64,000 nt of DNA from the NCBI GenBank assembly GCA_034669905.1, contig JAXMOL010000001.1, positions 96,001 through 160,000 on the forward strand, read 5' to 3'. This stretch comes from Candidatus Hydrogenedentota bacterium. Lineage in GTDB: Bacteria; Hydrogenedentota; Hydrogenedentia; Hydrogenedentales; JAEUWI01. A program made the translations under genes and the position numbers. Shown piece by piece: positions 30,857-41,257 of the stretch. Positions within the stretch are counted from its first letter, which is position 1, and the number at the start of each line of letters is the position of its first letter. The notes under the pieces were generated by a model. It was given only the letters and a program-made list of their open reading frames with translations, ran no database searches and was not told the origin of the DNA.

Positions 30857-32319
30857 GCACCGGCAAGAACCCCTGGTTTCGCCGGGAAGGGCTGGCCCTT
30901 CTGACCGACTTTTATGAACTGACCATGATGGCCGGTCAGTGGAAAGAGCAGCGCTCCGAGCAGCGGGTCACCTTCAATTATTTCTTTCGCAGTCTGCCGC
31001 CCCACACCGGATTCGCCGTCTTTGCCGGGCTGGAATCCTTCCTCGACTACCTCGAACACCTGCGCTTTGGCGACGACGACATCGACTATCTTCGTTCACT
31101 CGGCATTTTTGGCGACGATTTCCTCGCCCATCTCCGCACCTTTACCCCGACCTGCACGGTGCAAGCCGTTCCGGAAGGCACGCTGGTTTACCCCTATGAG
31201 CCCATACTCCAGATCGAGGGGTCCATCTTCGAGACCCTGCTCATCGAGTCGGCCCTGCTCAACCTGCTGAATTTTCAGACCCTCATCGCCACCAAGGCGG
31301 CGCGCATCTGCCTGGCGGCCAACGGCGACCCCGTGATGGAGTTTGGCCTGCGCCGGGCCCATGGCCCCGATGGCGGCGTCAGCGGCTCGCGGGCGGCCCA
31401 CATCGGTGGCTGCAATTCCACCTCCAACGTTCTGGCGGGCAAGACCTTCGACATTCCCGTAGGTGGTACCCACGCCCACAGCTGGGTCATGAGTTTCCCA
31501 TCGGAACTCGAAGCCTTCCGTACCTTCGCCCGCCACTACCCGGACCGCTGCGTCCTGCTGGTGGACACCTACGACACGGAAACGAGTGGCGTACCCAATG
31601 CCATCACGGTGTTTAAGGAAATGCACGCGGCAGGTATCAACGTCCGGCCGGCCATCCGGCTTGACTCCGGCGACCTTTCGCGGCTCAGTAAGATCGCCTA
31701 TCAAAAGATGACCGAGGCCGGGTTGGAAGACCCCCTGATCGTGGCCTCCAACGATCTGGATGAGGAGTTGGTGGCCGATCTGAAACGTCAGGGCTCCAAA
31801 ATCAATGCGTGGGGCGTGGGCACCCACCTGATTACGGCCTACGATGCCCCGGCCCTCAGCGGCGTCTACAAGCTCGTGGCCATCCGCGAAGGCGACACCT
31901 GGCACAGCCGCATGAAGATTTCGTCCAACATCGAAAAAGCGACGGATCCCGGACGGAAACAGCTCATCCGCTATTTCGACAGCAACGACCACCCCCTGTG
32001 CGACGTCATGTATCTCGATGGGGAAGAGTTCCACTCGGGAGGCCCGGTCACGGGACGAAGCCGCACCTGGCCCCATCGCAAGGTCCACGCCGCCTCTCCC
32101 GCCTGGCAGGAAGAATTGCTCCAAACCGTGGTGATGGACGGCAAGCGGATCCACGAATCGCCGCCTATTGCCGACATACGCGCCCGGGCCCTGGCCCAGA
32201 TCGCCGCCTTGCCCGAGGAGTTCAAACGGATGCGTAATCCGCAGATTTACGACGTCATGCTCTCCGAATCCCTGGGGCAGCTGAAGGATTCGATGCTGAG
32301 CAATCCCGACCTGGCGTGA
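30853..32319 (+). CDS. pncB: Nicotinate phosphoribosyltransferase
   Basis: LLTDFYELTM, EFGLRRAHG, GTHAHSWV, LVDTYD, IRLDSGDL, GVYKLV. Confidence 0.96.
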   Translation: MSTGKNPWFRREGLALLTDFYELTMMAGQWKEQRSEQRVTFNYFFRSLPPHTGFAVFAGLESFLDYLEHLRFGDDDIDYLRSLGIFGDDFLAHLRTFTPTCTVQAVPEGTLVYPYEPILQIEGSIFETLLIESALLNLLNFQTLIATKAARICLAANGDPVMEFGLRRAHGPDGGVSGSRAAHIGGCNSTSNVLAGKTFDIPVGGTHAHSWVMSFPSELEAFRTFARHYPDRCVLLVDTYDTETSGVPNAITVFKEMHAAGINVRPAIRLDSGDLSRLSKIAYQKMTEAGLEDPLIVASNDLDEELVADLKRQGSKINAWGVGTHLITAYDAPALSGVYKLVAIREGDTWHSRMKISSNIEKATDPGRKQLIRYFDSNDHPLCDVMYLDGEEFHSGGPVTGRSRTWPHRKVHAASPAWQEELLQTVVMDGKRIHESPPIADIRARALAQIAALPEEFKRMRNPQIYDVMLSESLGQLKDSMLSNPDLA

Positions 32320-32428
32320 AGTGCGTTCGGGGACGATGGGGGAGCTCGCGGGAATTTGTGGTCCTGAACGCGCTATACTTCCGGGGTAAAAACCTTTCCC
32401 CAACGACCCGATTTGAGACCTGTACCCG

Positions 32429-33022
32429 ATGGAATCCCAATTACTTTTTCGTGAGGACCAGCGCTTTCGTAGCCCTTTTCTCTGGATCCCCCTCTTCGGG
32501 GCCACTGCGTTTTGCTGCGGCACCATCCTCTGGATGGTTCAGCGTCAGGTCATTCAAGACATCCCCTTCGGGGAAGACGCCATGTCGAACAGCCAGATGC
32601 TGCTTCTCGGCGGCGCCATCATTCTGCTTGATCTCTTGTTTCTCGGCTTTATGGCCTCGCTGAAACTACAAACCGAAGTCACGACAGAAGGTCTGTTCAT
32701 CCGTTTCTGGCCCCTTCACCGGAAGACCCGCCTCATCGATATGGAAGACGTGGCCTCCATTGGTGCCGTCGAATACCGCCCTGCCATGGAATATGGCGGG
32801 TGGGGTATCCGCTATGGGCGAAACGGCCGGGCCTACAACGTCACCGGCAACCTCGGTGTCCGCATTGACTACGGCAGTGGCTACCACCTCCTTATTGGCA
32901 CCTGCCACCCCCAGGAGCTGGAAGCCGCCCTCGTGGCCATGATGGCAGCCCAGGGCAAAGAAGCGGTGCCGTCGGACGACGTGCCGGAGCTTGATGCCAG
33001 CGAAGGCCCCGACGAAGCATAA
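32429..33022 (+). CDS. Two-TM membrane protein with PH-like C-terminal domain (DUF6141-like)
   Basis: FREDQRF, two hydrophobic helices, EYGGWGIRY, AYNVTGNLGV. Confidence 0.65.
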   Translation: MESQLLFREDQRFRSPFLWIPLFGATAFCCGTILWMVQRQVIQDIPFGEDAMSNSQMLLLGGAIILLDLLFLGFMASLKLQTEVTTEGLFIRFWPLHRKTRLIDMEDVASIGAVEYRPAMEYGGWGIRYGRNGRAYNVTGNLGVRIDYGSGYHLLIGTCHPQELEAALVAMMAAQGKEAVPSDDVPELDASEGPDEA

Positions 33023-33068
33023 GCCGTGCGCCCGGGGGCGCATTTGAACATTTCGGAGAAGAGGACCC

Positions 33069-34994
33069 ATGCAACTGGTGCGAATCGGAACGGCCGCGGT
33101 TTCCGTCAAGGTAGGCGACTTCGCCTGGAATGCGGGTCGCCTTCGTGCGGCCATTGAAGCGGCGCGGGAACAGGGCGTTCACCTCCTGGTCACCCCCGAG
33201 CTGGCTATCTCGGGCTACAGCCTGGAAGACCGCGTCAGTTGGACGGATATCACCCGTCACAGCTGGGCCACCCTCGTGGAACTGGCGGAGCACTGCCACG
33301 ACATCGCCGTGGTCATCGGGCTCCCGGTTCGGGTCGGCCCTCTGATCTACAACGCGGCCGCCCTGGTGGCCGGTGGCAAGGTGCAGGGCCTGGTCCTGAA
33401 GCGCCACCTCCCGATGTACAGCATCTTCTACGAAGGCCGCAACTACACGGCCTGGACCGGTGGCACCACGACCATCAACGGCGTGCCCGCAGGCGATCTC
33501 ATCTTTGACCTGCCCTTTGGCATGGTTTCTGCCGAAATCTGCGAAGACCTCTGGTCCCCCAATTCTCCCGCGCGGGAGCGGGTACGGGCCGGTGCGGAAA
33601 TCATCTGCAACCCCAGTGCCTCACCTTTCATCCCCGGAAAGAATGAAGAGCGCAAGCGCCTCGTTCACCAAGCCGCTTCCGGCCTCAAGGCAGTCTATGC
33701 CTATGCCAACCTGCTGGGCTGCGACAACAGCCGCCTCATCTTCGATGGCGGGGGCCTGGTAGCCGACCCCGAAGGCCTGGTCGCCGAAGGGCGCATACTC
33801 AGCAAACACTCCTGGTCGGTCAGCAGCGGGGTCGTCGATTTGGACAACCTGGCCCGGATTCGGGGTGAAAACACGACGTGGCGGGAAGGCAACACCTTCG
33901 ACGAAGAGAACGCCCGCATCAAGGTCATCCCCGTCGAGATGCCCTTCACCCCCGCCCCGGTTTCGGCCTATGCTGACCAGCTCCCCGACAATTTCTATGT
34001 ACCCACCCTGACCGAACGACGCGCCGACCGAAACCCCTATCTCGACGATCTCTTTGATGCCCTCGTCCTGGGACTGCGCGACTATTTTGAGAAGGTGGGT
34101 GTCTTCGAACGATTCATCATCGCCTTGTCCGGCGGGCGGGATAGTGCCCTGTGCCTCCTTATGGCGGTGGAAGCCGCGAAAGCGCTGGAGGAAGGGCGTA
34201 AGGCCGATGCGTATGCCAAACGCATCAATACGGTCTACCTGCCTAATTCGAAATTCAGCAGCAGCGGCACAGAAAACGCCGCCCGGGATCTGGCCGAAGA
34301 ACTGGGCGTGCCCTTCCAGGTCGTGAGTATCGATGATGAGTCCCGCATTGCCTTGGAGAAACAGATCGAACTCCTGGGCGACAAATCGGCTATCCACCAC
34401 CTCGCCAAGCAGAATCTACAGGCCCGCGTCCGGGGCAATATGATTCTCAACTGGGCCAACAGTGCCGGCGGCCTGGTGCTGGTAACCTCCAACCTGAGCG
34501 AGATGGGCGTGGGCTACAGCACCACGGGCGGGGATAACCAGGGCGGTTACTCCCCCATCGCCAACGTGCCTAAGACCCTCGTTTCGGAGCTCCTCGACTA
34601 CATTTCCAAGCGGGACGGCATACAATCGCTGCAAGACGTGTTGGCCATGCCGCCCAGTGCGGAGTTGGCCCCCGACCAGCAGGACGAAACGGATCTCATG
34701 CCTTATCCCGTGCTGGACGACTTGCTCTACCTCTATGCCCGTCGCCGCATGTCTCTCGTGGATTGCTGGCGGGTGTTATGCACCCGTCATGAAGCCTATG
34801 ATGCCGAAGATCTCCGCTCGTGGGCACGGGACTTCGCGGTTCGCTTTTCCGCGAATCAGTGGAAACGGGACCAGCACCCGGTGGCGCTCAAAGTCATGGA
34901 CCTGGATCTGGATCCCAAGACGGGCTTCCGCTTCCCCGTGACCCAGAGCATTCAGTATGAGCTGGATGAGCTGAAAGACGCCCCGCGGGACTGA
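33069..34994 (+). CDS. nadE: Glutamine-dependent NAD+ synthetase
   Basis: Nitrilase domain (TPEL, K, EICEDLW) plus synthetase domain (ALSGGRDS, QNLQARVR, PPSAEL). Confidence 0.95.
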   Translation: MQLVRIGTAAVSVKVGDFAWNAGRLRAAIEAAREQGVHLLVTPELAISGYSLEDRVSWTDITRHSWATLVELAEHCHDIAVVIGLPVRVGPLIYNAAALVAGGKVQGLVLKRHLPMYSIFYEGRNYTAWTGGTTTINGVPAGDLIFDLPFGMVSAEICEDLWSPNSPARERVRAGAEIICNPSASPFIPGKNEERKRLVHQAASGLKAVYAYANLLGCDNSRLIFDGGGLVADPEGLVAEGRILSKHSWSVSSGVVDLDNLARIRGENTTWREGNTFDEENARIKVIPVEMPFTPAPVSAYADQLPDNFYVPTLTERRADRNPYLDDLFDALVLGLRDYFEKVGVFERFIIALSGGRDSALCLLMAVEAAKALEEGRKADAYAKRINTVYLPNSKFSSSGTENAARDLAEELGVPFQVVSIDDESRIALEKQIELLGDKSAIHHLAKQNLQARVRGNMILNWANSAGGLVLVTSNLSEMGVGYSTTGGDNQGGYSPIANVPKTLVSELLDYISKRDGIQSLQDVLAMPPSAELAPDQQDETDLMPYPVLDDLLYLYARRRMSLVDCWRVLCTRHEAYDAEDLRSWARDFAVRFSANQWKRDQHPVALKVMDLDLDPKTGFRFPVTQSIQYELDELKDAPRD

Positions 34995-35016
34995 GCGAAA
35001 GGGGGCGGGTCCTTTT

Positions 35017-35376
35017 TCAGCTGAAGAAGGACACGATACCGTAGATGAAGAAGAATATCACCAGGAGGATGGCGATACAGCCACTCGCGCAGCAGCCCCG
35101 TCCATCGGTGTTGATGTTGTCGATACGGACACTGCGTCCCCAGACCTGATCGCCCGTTGCGGGTCCCTGGGCCTGGGGGTTGAAAAAGGGATCTTCTTCG
35201 TAGCGAAGGGTTTCTTCCTCGTCGCCCACGGCCTCGGCGTGCACTTCAATCACCTGGGCCGACGCGGGTACGGGGACCGTGTTAGACGCGCCGCACTGGG
35301 GGCAGATAACGATTTGGCCCGCCAGTTCTTCGGGGGCCTCCAGGAGGGCCTGGCACTGTGAACAAACTACTTCCAT
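35017..35376 (-). CDS. Small zinc-ribbon protein with C-terminal TM helix
   Basis: CSQC...CPQC and a hydrophobic C-terminus. Confidence 0.7.
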   Translation of the reverse strand: MEVVCSQCQALLEAPEELAGQIVICPQCGASNTVPVPASAQVIEVHAEAVGDEEETLRYEEDPFFNPQAQGPATGDQVWGRSVRIDNINTDGRGCCASGCIAILLVIFFFIYGIVSFFS

Positions 35377-35519
35377 GAATACATTCTCTTGGTTTAATAA
35401 CTAAGCCAGCCCCCGCGCATTAGACTATTCGCGGAGACCGGCTGTGTATTTCAATCCGAGGTGCCAAAGCACCGGCTCTGTAAGCTACCACAACGGGCAG
35501 GGGTTTATTCACCCTCGTG

Positions 35520-37220
35520 TCAGCTTCCGGGGGGCGTATTGTCGTAGCCATCCACCCGGAAGGACTGACCACCTGTCGTGCTGTAGATGCTGTTATCAAT
35601 ATAAACCGTGCTGAAAAGCGGGTCGGTTTCACCCAGCAGACTGTCGTAGGTAACCCGTAGCAAGGGGCCGAACGTGCCAAAGGGTATAGGGTTCCCGGGA
35701 CTCTCGAAAAAGAGGGTCACGCCCCCGTTCTCCGTATCGGGCGTCTCGGTCATGGTCCACCCGGCAAAGAGCCCGTCATTGTCCCCATCCACCGCGCTTA
35801 CCGTGAATCCCGTGTCGCTGTTCAGGTAGATGCTGAACTGGCGAATGAAGCGCGGTACGTAGTCGGCACGCAGGAAAACCGTGGTCGCCGTCTCACTGTC
35901 GGACGTCACAAAGCGCAGCCGGCCTTCCAGGACCCCGTTACCTGCGTAGCGGGTGGGCACAAAGTTGTCGGTGGCCGTATAGCTCACCGAGTCCCCCCGG
36001 AGGCTCAGGGTAAAACCGGGCATGAAGGGGTTGGCATCCCGCGCGAGGGAGGCCCACCGGATGGTGTATTGACCATCCAAATCCTGCACGATACGTTGGA
36101 AGGAGCTGTCCAACTCCGAGACGGACTCGGCGCTGAAGAGCATGCCCTCCGTGCGGGAGGTTAACTCCTGCAAGTCGGTCGCCAGCCCACCCGTTCCGAA
36201 ATTGATGGCGTAGATGCGCACGCCCCGGTTCGTCGCGAGATTCACCACGTCGTTGGTCGTGGCCACACTGGAGGTGTCATTGCCATCGGTGAAGATGATG
36301 ATATAGCGGTCTTCCTCCACCACCGAGCCCGCAGCAAAGGAACCCGCGGCGTCGAGCACCGCATCAAACATGCGGGAGGCGGCGGAGAATCCCTGCACCA
36401 CCTCGGATTGAATGGCGTCAATACGCTCCCGGGTATAGGCCCGATCCACGGTGAAGGGCACCACCTGGGTCGCCTGAAAATCTTCCCGGTGGAATTCGGT
36501 CACGCTAACCAGCGCATCTTCGTTGAGGGACGAGAGCAACGTGTCTTTCGCCGCCGCTTCCATGGCCGCAATGGCGCCATTGGTGGACTGCATGGAGAGG
36601 GTGTAGTCGAGCACCAGGGCCACCTTGAGCTGTCGGGCCGTGCCCCGCTGAATATGTACACCGGTCTCACTGCCTACTGCCCGGGAGCCTTCCCGGGCCG
36701 ACACAAAGAATTGCCCCGGATCCCGGACCACAGCATTGCCATCGGCATCGTGGAGCGAAAAGGCGAAGTCAATCAGATAAGGGGAAGAAAAGAGGACGAA
36801 AGGATTCACCACATTGAGGGTGTCCGTATTGCCATCCGTGTCCTGGGTAACCGTGACGGCCACTTCCTCGGTGACGATGCCGGGCGCGGCAAAGACGATA
36901 CTGCCCGTATGTTGCCCTGCCGTGAGCCGGCTCCGGTTGATAGACACCTGGACGGTCTGCCGGTTATTGGGCCCCGTACTGGTGACGGAGCCGGTATTCA
37001 CGATGATCCAGGACGCCGACGGTGTCACCGAAAGGGTGAGGGAATCCACATTGGGGTTGTCATTCCAAACCTCAAGGAACCGGGGCAACTGGCTGCGCTC
37101 GAAATCGAGGCTCGTGTTGGAAAAGGCAATGGCCTCCTGGGGCTCCGGCGGACAGCCGGCAATAAACAGGCCGAAGGAAAGCATCAAAACCACGTTGGCA
37201 ACTCGCATCAATGACGACAT
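35520..37220 (-). CDS. Lipoprotein with BACON-like and VWA domains
   Basis: Lipobox FIAGC; SASWIIV BACON-like motif; LVLDYTLSM and IIFTDGND MIDAS-like motifs. Confidence 0.78.
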   Translation of the reverse strand: MSSLMRVANVVLMLSFGLFIAGCPPEPQEAIAFSNTSLDFERSQLPRFLEVWNDNPNVDSLTLSVTPSASWIIVNTGSVTSTGPNNRQTVQVSINRSRLTAGQHTGSIVFAAPGIVTEEVAVTVTQDTDGNTDTLNVVNPFVLFSSPYLIDFAFSLHDADGNAVVRDPGQFFVSAREGSRAVGSETGVHIQRGTARQLKVALVLDYTLSMQSTNGAIAAMEAAAKDTLLSSLNEDALVSVTEFHREDFQATQVVPFTVDRAYTRERIDAIQSEVVQGFSAASRMFDAVLDAAGSFAAGSVVEEDRYIIIFTDGNDTSSVATTNDVVNLATNRGVRIYAINFGTGGLATDLQELTSRTEGMLFSAESVSELDSSFQRIVQDLDGQYTIRWASLARDANPFMPGFTLSLRGDSVSYTATDNFVPTRYAGNGVLEGRLRFVTSDSETATTVFLRADYVPRFIRQFSIYLNSDTGFTVSAVDGDNDGLFAGWTMTETPDTENGGVTLFFESPGNPIPFGTFGPLLRVTYDSLLGETDPLFSTVYIDNSIYSTTGGQSFRVDGYDNTPPGS

Positions 37221-37641
37221 GAACACCCCTTTCTCTGGGAATACCGGCCCAACCGCAGACCACGTCATTATAGAGCAGCCTCCGCCTGGATAGCCACGCA
37301 GGTGGCTGGTCTCTATTCTACCCTTTCCCACGCGTTTCGTTGCTTTTTCCCGCACTGGCTCGGTATACTACCCGGACTTGATTTTGGAGGAAAGTATTCA
37401 AAATCAACGGGTCCGGGTTCCCGCGTGGTCACTATGACTCACGTCAGATACGGGGACAGACCCGGGCAGGAAGGCACGCCCTCTCTCTCACAACCCCTTA
37501 ACTCTCAATTGGTTAGGTGTGGAGTAGTGTGCAACCTTCCCGCTCAGGCTATCATTCATCGTTACCGGTGTGGTTCCTATTCTGCTCACGCAGCGGGCCC
37601 CCCACCACCAACCCGCAGTCAGCTGGAAGAAGGTTTTCGCC

Positions 37642-38658
37642 ATGATTATCATAATGGCCTCTCGCGAAAAAAAGGATGTCGACCACGTAGTGGAGAAGGT
37701 CGAAGCCTTCGGATATCGCGCCCATATCATTGAAGGGGTGGAGCGGACTGTGGTTGCTGCGGTCGGCGACGAACGGGGTAAAGAACGCCTCCATGCACTG
37801 GAGAGCCTGGCCCACGTGGAACAGGTCGTCCCCATCCTCAAGCCCTACAAACTGGCCGGTCTGCAGGTCAAAGCAGAGCGCTCGGTCGTCTCCTGCGGCT
37901 CCGTGAAAATCGGCGGCGGCAACTTTTGCATCGTCGGCGGCCCGTGCTCGGTAGAATCCCGCGAGCAGATCCTCGAAACGGCGGAAATCTGCAAGAATGC
38001 CGGGGCGAATATTCTCCGAGGCGGTGCCTACAAGCCCCGCACCTCGCCCTACAGCTTCCAGGGCATGGAAGAAGAAGGCCTCATCCTCCTCGAAGAAGCC
38101 GGCAAGGCCTTCGATATGCCTGTGGTGACGGAAGTCATGACCGTGGAACAGGTTCCGTTGGTAGAGAAGCACGCCGACATGTTCCAGATCGGTGCCCGTA
38201 ACATGCAGAACTTCGGATTACTCAAGGCCGTGGGCAAGTCCCGCAAGCCGGTCTTCCTGAAGCGTGGCATGATGTCCACCATCCAGGAATTCCTCATGTC
38301 CGCCGAATACATCATGTCGGAAGGCAACCCCAACGTGGTCCTCTGCGAACGGGGTATCCGTACCTTCGAAACCGAGACCCGAAACACCCTCGACATCCAG
38401 GCGGTGCCCGTGCTGCAGAAGCACACCCACCTGCCTGTGGTCATCGACCCCAGCCACGCCGCCGGGCAGTGGGACCTGGTCGCACCGATGTCGAAGGCCT
38501 CCGTTGCCGCCGGTGCCGATGGCCTGATGATCGAAGTACACCCCCGTCCGGAAGAAGCCTTCTCCGACGGCCCCCAGTCGCTCAAGCCCCAGCGCTTCGT
38601 CGATCTGGTAAACGACCTGAAGCCCTTCCTGGAACTCATGGGCCAGAAAGTCAGTTAA
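37642..38658 (+). CDS. aroF: DAHP synthase (class I-beta, N-terminal regulatory domain)
   Basis: GPCSVES, RGGAYKPRTSPYSFQG, QIGARNMQN, LCERGIRTFE, DPSH. Confidence 0.95.
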   Translation: MIIIMASREKKDVDHVVEKVEAFGYRAHIIEGVERTVVAAVGDERGKERLHALESLAHVEQVVPILKPYKLAGLQVKAERSVVSCGSVKIGGGNFCIVGGPCSVESREQILETAEICKNAGANILRGGAYKPRTSPYSFQGMEEEGLILLEEAGKAFDMPVVTEVMTVEQVPLVEKHADMFQIGARNMQNFGLLKAVGKSRKPVFLKRGMMSTIQEFLMSAEYIMSEGNPNVVLCERGIRTFETETRNTLDIQAVPVLQKHTHLPVVIDPSHAAGQWDLVAPMSKASVAAGADGLMIEVHPRPEEAFSDGPQSLKPQRFVDLVNDLKPFLELMGQKVS

Positions 38659-38767
38659 TTCCCCTTAGTTTTTGTTAGAATACCGCGGCAGCGGGCCATA
38701 GCGTCCGCTGCCCTTTTTGTTCCACTCCATACGGTAGTTGTTTACAACCAGCTAAGCGATTTATATC

Positions 38768-39973
38768 ATGGCACCTGCAGATGAAGAGACGGACGTAACA
38801 TCGGAATCCATCGACGATGAAGTCGCATCCCCCGAAGAGGTGGTAGCGGACGAGGCAGGCGTCTCCGAAGAAGCAGACGGGCTCGACGAGTCCGACGAGT
38901 CCGACGAGTCCGACGAGTCTGATGACGCCGATGACGCCGATGACGCCGGTGAAGCCGACGAGTCCGATGAGTCCGATGAGTCCGATGAGTCCGATGAGTC
39001 CGATGAGTCCGACGAGTCCGACGAGTCCGACGAGTCCGACGAGTCCGATGAGTCCGACGAGTCCGACGAGTCCGACGAGTCCGATGAGTCCGATGAGGCC
39101 GATGAGTCCGACGAGGCCGATGAGTCCGACGAGGCCGATGAGTCCGATGAGTCCGATGAGTCCGATGAGGCCGATGAGGCCGATGAGGCCGATGAGTCCG
39201 ATGAGGCCGATGAGGCCGATGAGTCCGATGAGTCCGATGAGTCCGATGAGGCCGATGAGTCCGATGAGGCCGATGAGTCCGATGAGTCCGACGAGTCCGA
39301 CGAGTCTGATGACGCCGATGAGGCCGACGAGTCTGATGACGCCGATGAGTCTGATGCAGCAACCAAGACCACTGCTGCGGACGAGGCAGAAGACGAAGAC
39401 ACGATGGACGGCGATGTAGACGACGAAGAGCCGGAGGAGCTGGGTCGGGACGAAATGCGTCAGGCCCTCTACGCGCTTCTTTTCGCGAGTGACCGTCCGA
39501 TGAACGCCACCCGTCTGGCAGAAGCAATCGCCGATGAGATGGATCCCGAAGTGGTGACTATGATCATCGAAGAGCTCCGGGACGATATCAACGGCCGCGA
39601 CGAGCTCCCCTATTTTCTGAAGGAAATCGGCGGTGGCTACCAGTTGATGACCAAATCGGCCTATGCGCCTTTCATCCGTCGCCTTTACCAGATCAAAAAG
39701 AGCAAACGGCTCTCCAAGGCCGTGTTGGAGACGCTGGCCATTATCGCCTACAAGCAGCCCACGACCCGTGCTGAAGTAGAGGCCATCCGTGGGGTAAGTG
39801 TCTCCCACGCCTTCGAGCAGCTCCAGGAAAAGCGCTTTATCAAAGTATCCGGCGTCGCCGACAGCCCGGGCCGCCCGAAACTCTACCGCACCACGGAAGA
39901 TTTTCTCCTGCAGTTTGGTATGGGCAGCTTGAAAGAGCTCCCCACCCTGGAAGAACTTCAGGAAATGCGCTAA
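38768..39973 (+). CDS. scpB: SMC-Scp complex subunit ScpB with long acidic N-terminal extension
   Basis: ALLFAS, GGYQL, LSKAVLETLAIIAYKQPTTRAEVEAIRGV, GRPKLYRTT..FL..FG. Confidence 0.93.
   Translation: MAPADEETDVTSESIDDEVASPEEVVADEAGVSEEADGLDESDESDESDESDDADDADDAGEADESDESDESDESDESDESDESDESDESDESDESDESDESDESDESDEADESDEADESDEADESDESDESDEADEADEADESDEADEADESDESDESDEADESDEADESDESDESDESDDADEADESDDADESDAATKTTAADEAEDEDTMDGDVDDEEPEELGRDEMRQALYALLFASDRPMNATRLAEAIADEMDPEVVTMIIEELRDDINGRDELPYFLKEIGGGYQLMTKSAYAPFIRRLYQIKKSKRLSKAVLETLAIIAYKQPTTRAEVEAIRGVSVSHAFEQLQEKRFIKVSGVADSPGRPKLYRTTEDFLLQFGMGSLKELPTLEELQEMR
38885..39355 (+). repeat. 9-bp tandem repeat encoding (DES/DEA/DDA)n
   Basis: GAYGAGTCC/GATGAGGCC units, roughly 50 copies. 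Confidence 0.97.
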
Positions 39974-39976
39974 GCC

Positions 39977-40690
39977 GTGGAACGCCTCCAAAAATACCTG
40001 GCCCATTGCGGCGTCGCCTCCCGCAGAAACGCCGAAAAGCTTATCGAAGCCGGCCGGGTCACCGTCAACGGCGAAACGGCGACCTTGGGGTGCACCATTG
40101 AACCCCGCAATGACCTCGTCTTACTCGACGGGGAGCGGGTCGGCCGCGAGGCCCCGGTCTATGTGCTGCTCAACAAGCCTCCCGACGTGGTCACCACGGT
40201 CAAAGATACCCATGGCCGGGAAACCGTGCTGGATTGTCTCGAAGGGGTTTCAGCGCGGGTCTATCCGGTAGGTCGCCTGGACATGGATGTGGGCGGCGTC
40301 CTGCTGCTCACCAATGACGGCGAGCTTGCCAACCGACTCATCCACCCGAGCTACCAGATACCCAAGGTCTACCTGGCCTGGGTATGGGGACGGGTCGACG
40401 ACGAATCTCTCCAGCAGTTGCGTGACGGCGTGGAACTGGAAGATGGCAAAACGGCGCCGGCCCAGGCCCGCATCGTGGAGCGCGGTAAACGGCAGACCCT
40501 TCTTCGTCTCCAGATCCATGAAGGCAAAAAGCGGGAAGTAAAACGGATGTGTGATGCCGTGGGCCACCGGGTGGATACCATGAAACGCATCGTCTTCTGT
40601 GGCCTCCAGGTGCGCGATCTGGAGCCGGGTGAATGGCGCTACCTCACCGACGAAGAAGTCCAGGCCCTCCGGGACGCGACCGGCAGCTAG
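39977..40690 (+). CDS. rluB: rRNA pseudouridine synthase (RluB/RsuA family)
   Basis: ERLQKYLA..GVASRR S4 domain; YPVGRLD; LLLTNDGELANRL.HP; EGKKREVKRM; follows scpB. Confidence 0.88.
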   Translation: MERLQKYLAHCGVASRRNAEKLIEAGRVTVNGETATLGCTIEPRNDLVLLDGERVGREAPVYVLLNKPPDVVTTVKDTHGRETVLDCLEGVSARVYPVGRLDMDVGGVLLLTNDGELANRLIHPSYQIPKVYLAWVWGRVDDESLQQLRDGVELEDGKTAPAQARIVERGKRQTLLRLQIHEGKKREVKRMCDAVGHRVDTMKRIVFCGLQVRDLEPGEWRYLTDEEVQALRDATGS

Positions 40691-40825
40691 GCCCGGGACC
40701 GGCTCCGTGCCTCTCCGACCGTTGCGGATGACTTCTGGCAGTTTCTATTTCGCTTCGCTATAATCGGAGCATAGCGCTCCAACGCGCTGAGCGCCCATCT
40801 GGAAACCGCACGCGAAGGCCCCGCC

Positions 40826-41185
40826 ATGTTGAGCCCCGAAGACATTGAGCACTACAAGACATTGCTCCTCCAGCGCCAGCAGGAGATCTCGGACCAATTC
40901 TCTCAACTGGAGGAGATGTCTCAACCCGTCTCACCCGATCCCGCCATCGGGCGTCTGACCCGTCAGGACGCCATGCAGCAGCAACAAATGACCTTGGAGG
41001 CACGTCGCCGCCTCGAACTGCACGGCACCCAGTTGAAAACGGCACTCCAACGCATCAACGATCAAAAATTCGGGATATGCGTCCTCTGCAAGACGCCTAT
41101 CGCCACCGCCCGGCTTGAAATCGTCCCGGAATCCCCCCTCTGTGTCCCCTGCCTCGAAAAAAGAAGTAAGGAAAATCCCCGCTAG
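40826..41185 (+). CDS. TraR/DksA C4-type zinc-finger protein
   Basis: IGRLTRQDAMQQQ; ALQRI...FGICVLC...RLE..P....CVPC. Confidence 0.85.
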   Translation: MLSPEDIEHYKTLLLQRQQEISDQFSQLEEMSQPVSPDPAIGRLTRQDAMQQQQMTLEARRRLELHGTQLKTALQRINDQKFGICVLCKTPIATARLEIVPESPLCVPCLEKRSKENPR

Positions 41186-41257
41186 TCGTCTTTACTATGT
41201 TCAGGTGACCCCGTTGTCACCTTGTTGCTATCCCCCGTCCTGAAGGAGTTGCCCACG

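Noticed and set aside
38885..39355. Possible CRISPR array
   Set aside because: Contiguous 9-bp units with no unique spacers, in frame within scpB; no cas genes in the window
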